Assembly: GCA_963726455.1 (NCBI GenBank)
Contig: CAVSCK010000003.1
Span: forward strand, 192,001 to 256,000
Direction of reading: 5' to 3'
Length of the DNA stretch: 64,000 nt
From: an uncultured bacterium
GTDB lineage: Bacteria > Zixibacteria > MSB-5A5 > CAIYYT01
Position numbers and translations under genes: made by a program. The notes under the pieces were generated by a model that did no database searches, was not told the DNA's origin, and was given only the letters and a program-made list of their open reading frames with translations. Of the stretch, positions 48,664 to 59,258 are shown piece by piece. The stretch's first letter is position 1, and each line of letters opens with the position of its first letter.

Positions 48664-50208
48664 CTATTTCAAACAGTTGGCGCCCGGCTCAGCGCCATCA
48701 TTAAAGATATAATTTATGAGATAGACTACGTCAGCAATTGTTATTCCTCCGTCGCAGTCGGAATCACCGGCCGTCATTGGCGGCGCCGAGCAATCAAGAA
48801 ATATGTAACAGATGAGGTATACGGCGTCGGCGATATCGATATCCCCCGATCCATCAGCATCTCCCGCCAGAACTTCCGCTCTGTCCATTATTTCGGTGAC
48901 CGTCTGCAACATGAATCCATAAAGAGACTCATCCAGCGGATAGTGATAATCATTCTTGAAAACGTCCGCCTGATCCTGCTTAAACGCTCCGCTTACAAGC
49001 GCAACAAAGAAGGTATGTTTTGCGGCGTCGTTTCCGTGAAACTCTATGCTATCCATCAATGGCGTCATCTCCGCCCGGAAACTGGGCTGCAACGGCGTGA
49101 AGAATCGCTTCGCAAAGCTGACTCCCGCACTATCTCGATATTTCATCCAAATCCCGTCGACAATACTTGCCGTTAGACTGTCGAAGTCCGCACCCCTGTC
49201 GATCCAGTTCTGCAGGTCATTATTGAACCAAAATCTTTGCTGCGCGATCACCACGCCTATCGAAGTGTCCGCTGCCGCACCCATCGGGAATCGGCCGGGG
49301 TCGTTCTGCATTTGCCACATCACCTCCATCGCCAGCGCCGAAGCGATGCCTTCGCTGTAGTGCCAGACGGGTCCCAGTCCGTTGCCGAATAAGTAGGACG
49401 GCCACGTGAAATTGTGTGCAATCTCGTGATACATAACGAACCACTGCGGCGAGCGCGGCGGCAGAAACGGCACCAGAAAACAATTCTGCCATTCGTTTCC
49501 GGCGATATTCCAGCCCAGTCGAAATGGATTACCTGAGATCCCACAAACGCGATTCTCCTCGCTCTCCGCAAAGTCGACCTCGATAATCTGCCTCGCGCTG
49601 TCGAACGGCAGCAGCCCCATATATTCGGCCTCCAAATCGTACGCATATTCATCAACCAGCGGGATTTGATACAACCCAACCTGCGACGCGATATCCTCAC
49701 CCTCTATTGTGGTCGGATACCACAGCAACGTGTGCTCTCCCGCTATCTCGACGAACGGCAAGTCATACTCCTGCGAAAGTACCCGCACAATGCAATTGTT
49801 CTGCACCAACTCACCGTTGAAATCCGCCCGCACCCAGGTTCCTATCTCGCCGGCGTACTCTGCCCGCAATGCCTGGACATATCCGCGCGAGTCGACGTTG
49901 ATCATCGTATTGTCGTAACCGTGAAACATGAGAGTGCCCGATTGCACGTTGCCAAACTGATCTTTGACAACCAGTGATTCAGCACTCACGCCACCCGGCG
50001 TCAGGTGCATATTGTAGGGGTACAGGTAGTGCCGGTTCGCCTTGCCGGCCGCGGCCCGTTCGCGGAACTGCGATGCCGGTTGATCATCTTCGCTCGTCAG
50101 GAAACATGAACTTCCTTGCGCCGGTCCACCGACAATGAGCGACAATAATCCTGTCGGGGTTATCGCGAGGATGAATATGACGATGATTCTGTACTGTGCT
50201 GATTTCAC
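48664..50208 (-). CDS. Secreted gluzincin-type metallopeptidase with C-terminal dockerin-like domain
   Basis: Signal peptide; HEIAH..YSEGIA; GDADGSGDIDIADAVYL / GDSDCDGGITIADVVYLINYIF. Confidence 0.85.
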   Translation of the reverse strand: MKSAQYRIIVIFILAITPTGLLSLIVGGPAQGSSCFLTSEDDQPASQFRERAAAGKANRHYLYPYNMHLTPGGVSAESLVVKDQFGNVQSGTLMFHGYDNTMINVDSRGYVQALRAEYAGEIGTWVRADFNGELVQNNCIVRVLSQEYDLPFVEIAGEHTLLWYPTTIEGEDIASQVGLYQIPLVDEYAYDLEAEYMGLLPFDSARQIIEVDFAESEENRVCGISGNPFRLGWNIAGNEWQNCFLVPFLPPRSPQWFVMYHEIAHNFTWPSYLFGNGLGPVWHYSEGIASALAMEVMWQMQNDPGRFPMGAAADTSIGVVIAQQRFWFNNDLQNWIDRGADFDSLTASIVDGIWMKYRDSAGVSFAKRFFTPLQPSFRAEMTPLMDSIEFHGNDAAKHTFFVALVSGAFKQDQADVFKNDYHYPLDESLYGFMLQTVTEIMDRAEVLAGDADGSGDIDIADAVYLICYIFLDCSAPPMTAGDSDCDGGITIADVVYLINYIFNDGAEPGANCLK

Positions 50209-50269
50209 GGCGATCGCCCTCCCTTCAAAGGCCCGCCATCAGTCGTGACTCGATCTTTCCCTTACGCGA

Positions 50270-51577
50270 CTAGATGCACAACGCGCAAGGCGCCGGTCCG
50301 CCCGAAAAGATATACTGGATCAGATAAACCGGATCTGAGATGTCAACGGAAGCATCGCAATTAGCGTCTCCAGTTGCCGGAGGGTTAGGCGAGGGACCGC
50401 CGGCGAAGATGTACTGGATTAGGAAGACGGCATCGGAAATGTCCACGTTGCCGTCAGCGTTCGCGTCCCCGCATATGAAAGAACACTGATCGGCCACTCC
50501 GTCACTGATATTCAGATCACAACCGCTTGAACCCGTCAGTGCGGAGTAACCCGGATCAAAGGCAACGCTCGTCTGGTCGCCCGCGAGCATCAGCAATGAT
50601 CCGGTGACAACCGCCCTGATCTCCCACGCGTGGCTATCCCGTATCGCAATCGGTGTGACTATTCCCGCCTGATTGGCGGCAATGCTTGCCAACGAAAGGT
50701 CCGTCGAGCCATCGGCGAGAATGAGTCGCAACAAACCTTGTGGATTGGACAGCACCGAATCGTCTGGCCCAAACGAATCAAAATCGAGAAATGCAGGCGA
50801 ATGGGCCAGGGATATTGTAAACTGCACCGAAAAGGGAGTCGGAGTATTAGGGTAATACCGGATGCCCTTGATGAAATTCCCCGTGAGTGCTCCTAATACG
50901 ATGTACCCGTATTGCGGCAGCGGTTGCAGACTAACTATCGAAACCGCTGAAATCGGCAGGTAGTCCGTCACAGCGATTCCTCCAGAGAGCGTAAAGAGCA
51001 TTACTACTATGTAGCCGTGATCAGTTCCCACGAAAAGCCGCGCCTTGCCGTCGGTAAATTCCGTTCCCGGAAGTTCCGCAGCACAGACAGCGCTCCCGTA
51101 TGTGCCCGAATCAACGGCGGGAGTATAGGTCGCAGCACCCCCCGCACTTGGTGTGCCGTCAGGACCGTAGGTGACCGGAATCGTGTAGAGCCGAAAGTCG
51201 CGGCAGACAATCCAAGGACTCGGTTCGATGCCTTTTGTCGGTGAGTTGCCAAAATGCCGTGCCCGCAGCACCTCAACCGGTTGCCACGACTTCAGCAGAT
51301 CGACGTTCAGCCGATTTCCCCTTTGGGCGCCGGATTGAGAGTTGAGCGTAATGATCTGCAATCCGTGCGTTTGAGTCAGGGCGTCGCGCCAGAGAATGAA
51401 AGGACTTGGTTCAACTCCCCGTGACGCAATTTGCACATGAGCCAGATCGATTGCCACGAAATGTGTGTCAGACACTTTCGCAAGAGCCGCACCTGCACAG
51501 AGGGATCGGCTGCTCCAACAGAATATAGCGAGGATTGACAGGATGACCGGAAACAGAATCGGTGAATACCACTTCAT
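50270..51577 (-). CDS. Secreted beta-rich protein with C-terminal dockerin-like domain
   Basis: Signal peptide; repeated GVEPSPF/GIEPSPW; CGDANADGNVDISDAVFLIQYIF..GDANCDASVDISD. Confidence 0.85.
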   Translation of the reverse strand: MKWYSPILFPVILSILAIFCWSSRSLCAGAALAKVSDTHFVAIDLAHVQIASRGVEPSPFILWRDALTQTHGLQIITLNSQSGAQRGNRLNVDLLKSWQPVEVLRARHFGNSPTKGIEPSPWIVCRDFRLYTIPVTYGPDGTPSAGGAATYTPAVDSGTYGSAVCAAELPGTEFTDGKARLFVGTDHGYIVVMLFTLSGGIAVTDYLPISAVSIVSLQPLPQYGYIVLGALTGNFIKGIRYYPNTPTPFSVQFTISLAHSPAFLDFDSFGPDDSVLSNPQGLLRLILADGSTDLSLASIAANQAGIVTPIAIRDSHAWEIRAVVTGSLLMLAGDQTSVAFDPGYSALTGSSGCDLNISDGVADQCSFICGDANADGNVDISDAVFLIQYIFAGGPSPNPPATGDANCDASVDISDPVYLIQYIFSGGPAPCALCI

Positions 51578-51687
51578 GACGCTCCCTCCCTGGCAGAAGA
51601 ACTATTCACATACAATAATATGCGCGCCGCTGCGCATCTAATCTCTCGAACTCAGGACGCTGTTTGTAGAATCGCTTTTCGAGTTAT

Positions 51688-52302
51688 CTACTTACAGTTT
51701 GCGCAAGGTGCGAGTCCATCATTGAAGATGTAGTTAATCAGATATACAACGTCGGCAATCGTGATTCCGCCATCGCAGTCGGCGTCTCCTGCGGCCATCG
51801 GGCTTGGCTCGGCACAATCCAGAAAGATGTAGCAAACCAAGTACACGGCGTCGGCGATATCAATGTCCCCTGTACCGTCGGCATCCCCGCAAAGATAATT
51901 CCAGCCGAAATTCTGCCAGAACCCTGATTGCAGGTTGTAGCTTCCCATCGTCGAGGTGCCGACTGCGGTCTGACCGATTGTGGAACCAAGTACGTATTGA
52001 CCCATCGTCTGTGTTCCACCGCCTGCCGCGACCACCTGCCAGTTGATTTGTTCTCCTGCTCGTGGCGACTTCGGACCTGAGTTGGGTTGCGAGCTTTGAC
52101 CTGTAATCGGAAATGCTCCCGCTTTTGGACTGGTATTCTCCTGTTGCTGCACCGTTTGATCGGTTGCCGGAATCGGCTGGGAGACGGAGCTACTGGCTTC
52201 TTTGGGCTGTTGAGTATTGTTCTTGGCGCCGAAGACAATTACGGCGCTGAAAAGCAATATCAATACCGTTAGCGCAACTGGGCGATTCTGCATCGGTTTC
52301 AT
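51688..52302 (-). CDS. Small secreted protein: Gly-rich GGG..TIGQ..GFW domain + dockerin-like domain
   Basis: INWQVVAAGGG..LGSTIGQTAVG..YNLQSGFWQ followed by a two-loop dockerin. Confidence 0.85.
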   Translation of the reverse strand: MKPMQNRPVALTVLILLFSAVIVFGAKNNTQQPKEASSSVSQPIPATDQTVQQQENTSPKAGAFPITGQSSQPNSGPKSPRAGEQINWQVVAAGGGTQTMGQYVLGSTIGQTAVGTSTMGSYNLQSGFWQNFGWNYLCGDADGTGDIDIADAVYLVCYIFLDCAEPSPMAAGDADCDGGITIADVVYLINYIFNDGLAPCANCK

Positions 52303-52539
52303 AATATTATTCTCCCTTGTGCTTATCTATTCTAACACGATTTTCGATTCTGTCAAGACCTTCGAGGCGCAAGACTCGGCTAATTCCGTGATTTTCGATG
52401 ACTCGTGACCTGCCTAAACGGTCACCTTCGCCCCTCACCGGCTTGAGTTTTCGGTACCTGCTGACACTATCACCGTAACCCTGACAACAGGTTACAGCGA
52501 AAGCAGTCAGCCGCAAGCGTCGGTCTTTAGCGAATCCTC

Positions 52540-54357
52540 TTATCTTTGTGCTCCTTCTACCTGCTTCTCCAACTGCTCCACTCTTTCCCGCAAAATTCGG
52601 AGCTCTTCCGCATAATTCGTCTGAGGAGCGGTACTCGTCGTCGTTCTCGGCTCACGCTGCTTCAACAACTCCCCAACCGATCCATTCGCAACTTCACCGG
52701 CAGCCAGTGGAGAGACAGTTCCGTATGCGGTGGGAACATACAGCAGGATAAGTTCGGCGCCAATCACCGGAGCGCTCACCGCATCGTATTTCATTCCGAG
52801 CAGGTAGTAGGTATACGACCCGGCTCCCGCGACTTCAAATAAGGCACTGGGTGAAAGGGAACCGCTGTATAGTCCGGTTCCAACGTCGTAACTTGTTCCG
52901 AACGATGTTATCCGGGAAAGGGGAACATCGGTTGTAACATCCGAAATGCCAATGTGCACTGCGTCATAATCAGTATAAGTATGATCATAAGAAAAATAGG
53001 CGTGACCGAGGGCGACAACATAGCCCGGCCCCGGAACCGTAATTTGCCTCGAAACGAGGGTTTGCCAGGTATGAGACAACGACACAATGCCCCCTGCATT
53101 GGCAGCTTTGGCAGACGCCACTCCCGGCTCGTCCGGCAAATTCGCCGCCGACATCAGAGACGGCTTGATCGCACCCGCGTACACGGTATCAGCAATCTGG
53201 ATACTTCCATTGACATGCAGTTTCCGCGTCGGGTTCGTCGTGCCGACTACCCACTTTGCCATCCGCCAGCCAAGTCATCGCTTCGACGCCGGTCTGACTC
53301 CGCAAGTCCAAGCGCTCCATCTAAGCAAGTTGTTGTTGGTATAGTCATCCATCCGCAGATGCCAGGTGTTCTGGGGCGTCTTGAAGCGTATTCCTGTCTC
53401 GCCGAAATTAGTTATGTTCGAAGTCTCAAGCTGAAGGAACGAACGGCCCGACGCCGCTTCGTTCTCAACCTGAAGTCTCTCGTCCGGCAAAGTAGTACCC
53501 ACTCCTACCAACTTGTTCGCGTTGTCGAATTCCAGCCAGTTTCCCTCTACAACGTCGCCGAAATAGATGCTTCCCGTGGTCTTGGCAAAAAGGTCCTCGC
53601 TCTGGAAAGCCATATCGCCTCCGGTATAACCCTTGATGAACGTCGAATCAGTGCCAAAGTAGATACTGGACTGGGCGCTGATGCCGACGTTGCCGCCGAC
53701 ATTCAATTTACCCAGCCGCAGGGGCGTGTTAAGGGCGACTACGTCAGAGGGCGCGGTAAGCTCTACAACAGTTCCGTTGTCTGTCCAGCCGCTCTGAATA
53801 CCCGCGCTGGTGCTGTCATTCGCCGCAGCCCACGCGGAGCCATTCCACTTCATGACTTGACCATTACCCGCCCCATTTTGACCGATATCGACAAACTGAA
53901 TTGTCCCGTTCTGAATCTTCGCACTGGTCACCGAATTGTCGGGCAGTTGCTTCACATAGTTTGCGGTGTCGGATCGCAGTGAGTAGTAGGCGCTGGGCAC
54001 ACTTACCAGCGGCAGCAAGGGGCGCATTTCGCTGTCAAGATCCTTGCGGACTCCCAACCAGCGCATTGATCCTGCGAAAACCAACGCGGGAATCGGCGTC
54101 GACTTACCCAATTGGACACTGAATAGTCCGTTCGTTACCTGGACTGTGGCATGGGACTCAGTCCACAGTGCCGTAGTGCCAATCGAATCGTCGTAGATCG
54201 TGAAAGCCAAAGCGACGATTTCAGTCAATGGGTTCCCGCCCGTGTCTGTCAATCTTCCCTGGTAGTTGATCAACTGCGGCACGGCGCCCACAACGGTCGA
54301 GCACCAGATGGCAAGTATCCCCAACGCAAAAAGCACGGAGATGGTGACTCTTTTCAT
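52540..54357 (-). CDS. Secreted tail-fibre-like protein 1 (three 1-nt insertions at about 53250-53325)
   Basis: Signal peptide, VPQLINYQGRLTD domain, NGQVMKWNG, VGVGTTLPDERLQV/VGTTNPTRKLHV repeats, C-terminal coiled coil. Removing three bases gives LDGALGLRSQTGVEAMTWLADGKVGVGTT. Confidence 0.8.
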
Positions 54358-54409
54358 GATGTCCTCCCTATTTCGAATCCGAATCTATCTTCCTGTCTCG
54401 TTTGAGACG

Positions 54410-56282
54410 TTAGTTGCTACCGGTTTCCTCCTCAGGTTCCTGCGGTGGCTGAGGCGACTTGTGCTTGGCAACTGCCTGCTGTTCGATCTTGTAGTCGATG
54501 CCCTGTTCTCGGCTCAATCCGAATGCTTCCGGGTGACGATGCAGCCCCCTGGCTTCGGCTGGTTTGTCCACTTCGACCTGGATGCGGTTGGACTCGGCAT
54601 AATTATCATGTCGAATGCCGGTCACTTGCCACGAAACTTCCACATTCGGCTTGTCGGTCTTGATCGTGAACTGATTGTTCGCAATCTTAGTGGCCACGAT
54701 CGCCTGCGCGAATTCCCCTATGACTGTCAGTTGATAGCGAAAGTCCTTGTTGAGGGCTTCAAAGTAATTGGGCAGCGCTACCACCGCTTGACCACCAGCG
54801 TCTGTGGTAATGTTGCCGCTGTAAATGTTCATCATGTCAGGCGAATCAACCGAACTAAGCTGAAGGTATTTGTTCTGCGGATCAAGCGGGTGATCGATCA
54901 TCGTCTTGCCGGCAGACTTGACGATAGTACCGGTGACATTAACGTCTCCACTGAAATACCCAGCCCAGTTGGCGACCGTGTTGTTGTATGCGGTTCCCCA
55001 AATGCCGTAACCAGTTCCGGTATTGTTCGAAGCAGTTCCGCTAACTGCCCAGGAGTTGTTACCATTGTCATGCGCCCAGGCGTGGACTCCTTGGCCGACC
55101 TCGGTGCTATTCCCGGCCTCCGCATAAAGTCCATAACCGTATGGGTTTCCTGTGGCGTAACCATAAAGAGCATATCCCATGTTGCTGTTTGACGATGCCG
55201 TGCCGTAAACGCCATAACCGTTGACTGCCGACGAGCCCGTACAATACGCGCCGTATGCTGATTCTCCGTCATAACCACCGCCATACAATCCGTACGATGA
55301 TCCGGTGCTCTGCGCCGCCGTTGTCATGTCGGCGTACCCTCTTACCCCGTAACGCGAATTGTTATCTGACTGGCCTCTGCCATAAACGCCGTAGACTATG
55401 CCGCTATTGGCCGAACCGGCAGTCGGAGCGTTGGCAAAGCTGTAGACCCCGTACATTGCTCCCGAACCAATGTTGTTCACGTTCATGTATAGGCCGTAAC
55501 GTATGGACGCCGTGTTATAGTTTCTTTCCGCATGCAGCAGATAAGTCTGCGAGGGAATATCTGCGTTTCCCATGGCTACGCCGTCAATCGTTGAGCGAAA
55601 GGTGCTGTCGCCTACTCGCAGCGTGCCGCGGTGCCAATTGTCCTCCGTAAAGACGTTCGCAAGGTTCCGAGTGGCGGCGCGACCGGCAATTTTCGCCCAG
55701 GAGATATCCGCACTAGCAGAGACATCCGCATCCACAATTTCTCCATCTTTGATGTGGCGCGACAGTACTCCGTCGGCCCCTAGTCGCAGACTGACACTCA
55801 CCCGATGTACCTCCTCCTGCCAGACCGGTGTCGGCAACGACCGCAGTTATGTCGCCTCCACCGCCGGCGCCCGTTAGTGCGTACGCCGCCGTATCGGACT
55901 TGATCGACCGATAAGCGTACGCTGTGCTCACTATGGGACTCAATACGGTCGCTGCCGGCCCGCCCTGCAACTGTACTCCCAGCCAGCGCTTACTCCCGTC
56001 AAAGACGCTTCCGGAAAGTGGCGTGACCGATCCGAGCAGTACCTGAAACAGGCCTTCTTTGATAGCTACACCGGGATGCGTTTCACTCCAGAGATTCGTC
56101 GCACCCAGACTGTCGCTGTAAATCGTGAATACCACAGTCACGGTTGTGTCCAGCGGTGCTCCGACGCCATTGGTCAATCGCCCCTGATAACTGATCACCT
56201 GGGGGACAGTTGCTTCCGCCGCTCCCCAACTAAATGCGATGCAAGCTGCAATCACAATCAACAACACGCTAGCCCTTCTCAT
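54410..56282 (-). CDS. Secreted tail-fibre-like protein 2 with GxYG beta-solenoid (one insertion near 55798)
   Basis: VPQVISYQGRLTN domain, GDITAV..GLAGGGTSG, about 12 YG[VL]YG repeats, AGYFSGDVNV, IDHPLDPQNKYL..SPDMMNIYSG C-terminal domain. Confidence 0.82.
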
Positions 56283-56894
56283 GAGTTGACCTCCTAAAGA
56301 CGAATCGGAAAGTATCTGTTGAGAACGGCGCTACGTATCGCCGCGCCCATTTTCTTCTCAGTATTCTGAATCTATCATTTCAATTTGCTTGAAAGGCAGA
56401 AAGACATTTTGTGTAAGCTTCTCTGTCGAGTGTATGTCTAGGATAATTAAGGCATTTGGACAGATTTGTCAATGACAAAATGGCCCGACGGTCTGCACTC
56501 TCGCTTGCTAACGAACCCAAACAACACCAATGTCGTCCTCATTCTGATGCTTTCTTTCTCGGCGGCCGATGTCTTTTCAAACCCGTGGGCGATTTGCGAG
56601 ATTGATTGATGAAGATCTTGGGATGTCATTACCCCAAAGACAATTCGCAGTGTCGTCCTCAAAGACACCAGACTCTGACCGTGGTTATCTTTCCATTTAC
56701 GAAATTCTTGTATAGGTGATAACTTCTCTTTATGAAGCGTCCCGCCAAATCAAATGCCCCCGACCGAACGCAGTTCAAACCATGCGCGTTCCCTTAACAA
56801 GTTACTTGCCCGTCCTAACAAGGGCAAGCATCAAGCGCTAAGCGATTCTCTCCAGGGCTCTAGGCGCCAACATAATCCCACCCTGGCGGGTGAG

Positions 56895-57557
56895 TTACCG
56901 GTTGGCTTCCTCCGCGCGAACATGCCAGTTCGAGTAGAATTGCTTTACGCCCTGATTATCCCAATGTCCTTCACTCTTCCAGCGAGCCTGAGTCCGATAA
57001 CCGGCCAACAATTCGTCCAGATCCGCTTCATCGGAGAAATAGTGAATGTCCCCCGGAGTAATGGACTTCGTGCATCGATAGGTGTGCGGCGCTACCATCT
57101 CATCGAATCCATATTTGCCATCCTGCCGACTAGGACAGGTGAAGAAGAAAATCCCCTGGTGCTTCAGCAGCTTTCGCACTTCTTGAATAGCTCGGGCGAA
57201 CTGCTCGCGCAAACCGTGATAGATGACATTGTAGCTTAACACTATGTCGAAAGACCCTTTGGGCAGGGTTTGGTCAATCAGTTCGCAGACTCGCGTGTCA
57301 ATTGAGAGATGCAACTCGCCGGCCCATTCGTTCAAAAGCCGAATCGCCTCAGACGAGGAGTCTGTCGCCGTTACCGAGAACTGGGCCAAGGCAAAGGCGA
57401 CGGCATGTCGGCCGAGGCCGCAGCCCAAGTCCAGCACTCTCGGGTATTGGATGGGTGATAGGGAGCGGATCAAATCAAGTACTTCCGGCGCCGGTTCCTT
57501 CCACCAGTTCCAGTTATCTTGATTCTTCCAATAGGATTCCCATGCATTCGCAGTCAT
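56895..57557 (-). CDS. Class I SAM-dependent methyltransferase
   Basis: VLDLGCGLGRH, FDIVLSYNVIYH. Confidence 0.9.
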   Translation of the reverse strand: MTANAWESYWKNQDNWNWWKEPAPEVLDLIRSLSPIQYPRVLDLGCGLGRHAVAFALAQFSVTATDSSSEAIRLLNEWAGELHLSIDTRVCELIDQTLPKGSFDIVLSYNVIYHGLREQFARAIQEVRKLLKHQGIFFFTCPSRQDGKYGFDEMVAPHTYRCTKSITPGDIHYFSDEADLDELLAGYRTQARWKSEGHWDNQGVKQFYSNWHVRAEEANR

Positions 57558-57597
57558 CTTCGCTGGTCACTTCTAACTTATTGATCCATAACAAAAA

Positions 57598-57671
57598 TAC
57601 CCCCGACAGGACTCGAACCTGTTACCCTCTGCTTAGAAGGCAGATGCTCTATCCGCATGAGCTACGGGGGC
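57598..57671 (-). tRNA. tRNA-Arg(TCT), CCA not encoded
   Basis: GCCCCCG..CGGGGGT-A; anticodon arm TCTGC-CTTCTAA-GCAGA. Confidence 0.96.
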
Positions 57672-57828
57672 ATGTCTTACTCGTCGCGATCTCTACCCCA
57701 ATGTCTTGGAGACGATCGCTGATGGAGCGGACGCCAAGGTAGCAGGAAATTTGAGCTTCAGCAAGCGGATTTTCGGAGGTCTCAAGGCCGTCGAAACCGC
57801 CGATCGGACGGGCGGCATCGTGGCCGAA

Positions 57829-58347
57829 TCATTTCTCGATAGCAATCGTGTCGACCAGCGCCGGCTTGGTCGACGGCACGTTACCCACCGTAACATGTGG
57901 GCGAATTTGTTCCAGCGTCTTCTTCCCGATTCCCCTCACCGCGATCAGTTGCCCCACTGAGTCGAACTGGCCGAGCCGCTGGCGCAACTCGACTATTCTC
58001 TGACCGATTATTTGCCCCACTCGCGGCAGCAACATCAGACTGTCTATCGGCGCGGTGTTGATATTCAAAGTTAGCGTTGCCGGCTTGTCCGAAGCGCGTG
58101 CTGTGACGGTACGGCTGTTATTACCTTCAGTCACGGTCTTCTGCGTAAGGTTGTTGATTGGCGCGGCGCCGCTCTTGATAGGCGTCGGCGTCGCCGCCGC
58201 CGATTGGAAAAACAACTCCGGTGGCAGCGTTTGCGTACTGTTCTGATAGAGCAGCACTCCTCCCCCGACCAGTGCCATCAGCAACAAGATCGAAAGCGCG
58301 AAGATTTCGGCGCGGCTGAATTGGAATATTTCTTTCCACTCGTTCAT
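57829..58347 (-). CDS. comEA: ComEA-family helix-hairpin-helix DNA-binding protein
   Basis: N-terminal TM; LNINTA..LPRVG..RIVELR..VRGIGKKTLE. Confidence 0.88.
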   Translation of the reverse strand: MNEWKEIFQFSRAEIFALSILLLMALVGGGVLLYQNSTQTLPPELFFQSAAATPTPIKSGAAPINNLTQKTVTEGNNSRTVTARASDKPATLTLNINTAPIDSLMLLPRVGQIIGQRIVELRQRLGQFDSVGQLIAVRGIGKKTLEQIRPHVTVGNVPSTKPALVDTIAIEK

Positions 58348-59258
58348 AACGGATCTACCACCAGTGAAAGCATCAACTTGCCGATGCGTGCCAGCGACTC
58401 CGGCGAGCATTTGTCAGGGGTGTCCCCAGTCGTATGCCACCAGGGATAGTCAAAATCAATGATGTCCACGGTCTTGATGGATGCTGCCAGCAGCGGCAGG
58501 TGATCATCATATATCGGCTCCGTCACTCGTGGATCGAATGTTACCGCCATCCCCAGCTTGCCTGCCCGGGCCCATATCTTGTCCACCAGCTTGGGCTCAT
58601 ATCGCACTGAATAATCTTCTTTGTAGAATATCTGATTTTTGTCGCCGACCATGTCCAGAACCACCGCATACTCGTATTTCTTGGCGTCAACACGCCTCGC
58701 AAACTCCTTGGAGCCGAGACAGTAATTGTCCAGATCGCCGGACCTGCCCCAGTCTTCGCCATCCAGAAACACCAGATCCACTCCCCTGGCTGTCTGCTGT
58801 GACGCCAATTGACATGCCAACTGCATGAGCACCGCCACTCCGGATGCTCCATCGTTGGCGCCGGGCAAGGGCTGGTTTCGCTTCGCGGTGTCGGGATCCA
58901 TTTCTGAGCGGGGACGGGAATCCCAGTGCGCACAAAACAGGAGGCGGTCTCCCTTGGAAGGATTAAACCTGCCGATGATGTTCGTCAAACGCAAACTGTC
59001 GCCTCCATAGGGGTCCATCATGGTGAACGCCTGCTTTTCGACATCCACCTTGAGACTATCAAGAACCGCTACGATCATGTTCAACGTTTGTTCATGAGCC
59101 GGTGTCCTGGGAACCCTTGGCCCAAATTGGCATTGTCTGGTCAAGTATCGAAAGGCCGCCTCGCCGTCGAATGCGACCGACTTGTCGCTTGAACTGCTGC
59201 CGGAACCGCACGACAACACCACGAATGCAATTGCTGCGCAGGCCAGGCGTTTGCACAT
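58344..59258 (-). CDS. M28 peptidase / glutaminyl cyclase-like lipoprotein
   Basis: VLS-C lipobox, FGPRVP, AHWDSR, GANDGASG, DGED, LDMVGD, DDH, WHT. Confidence 0.92.
   Translation of the reverse strand: MCKRLACAAIAFVVLSCGSGSSSSDKSVAFDGEAAFRYLTRQCQFGPRVPRTPAHEQTLNMIVAVLDSLKVDVEKQAFTMMDPYGGDSLRLTNIIGRFNPSKGDRLLFCAHWDSRPRSEMDPDTAKRNQPLPGANDGASGVAVLMQLACQLASQQTARGVDLVFLDGEDWGRSGDLDNYCLGSKEFARRVDAKKYEYAVVLDMVGDKNQIFYKEDYSVRYEPKLVDKIWARAGKLGMAVTFDPRVTEPIYDDHLPLLAASIKTVDIIDFDYPWWHTTGDTPDKCSPESLARIGKLMLSLVVDPL

Noticed and set aside
52954-55192. Long plus-strand ORFs (342 aa and 308 aa) and similar antisense ORFs elsewhere
   Set aside because: Shadows of real genes on the opposite strand, with no protein-like motifs.
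46619-57597. Region between tRNA-His and tRNA-Arg as a prophage or integrative island
   Set aside because: No integrase, att repeat or virion genes; the fibre-like proteins carry Sec signal peptides.
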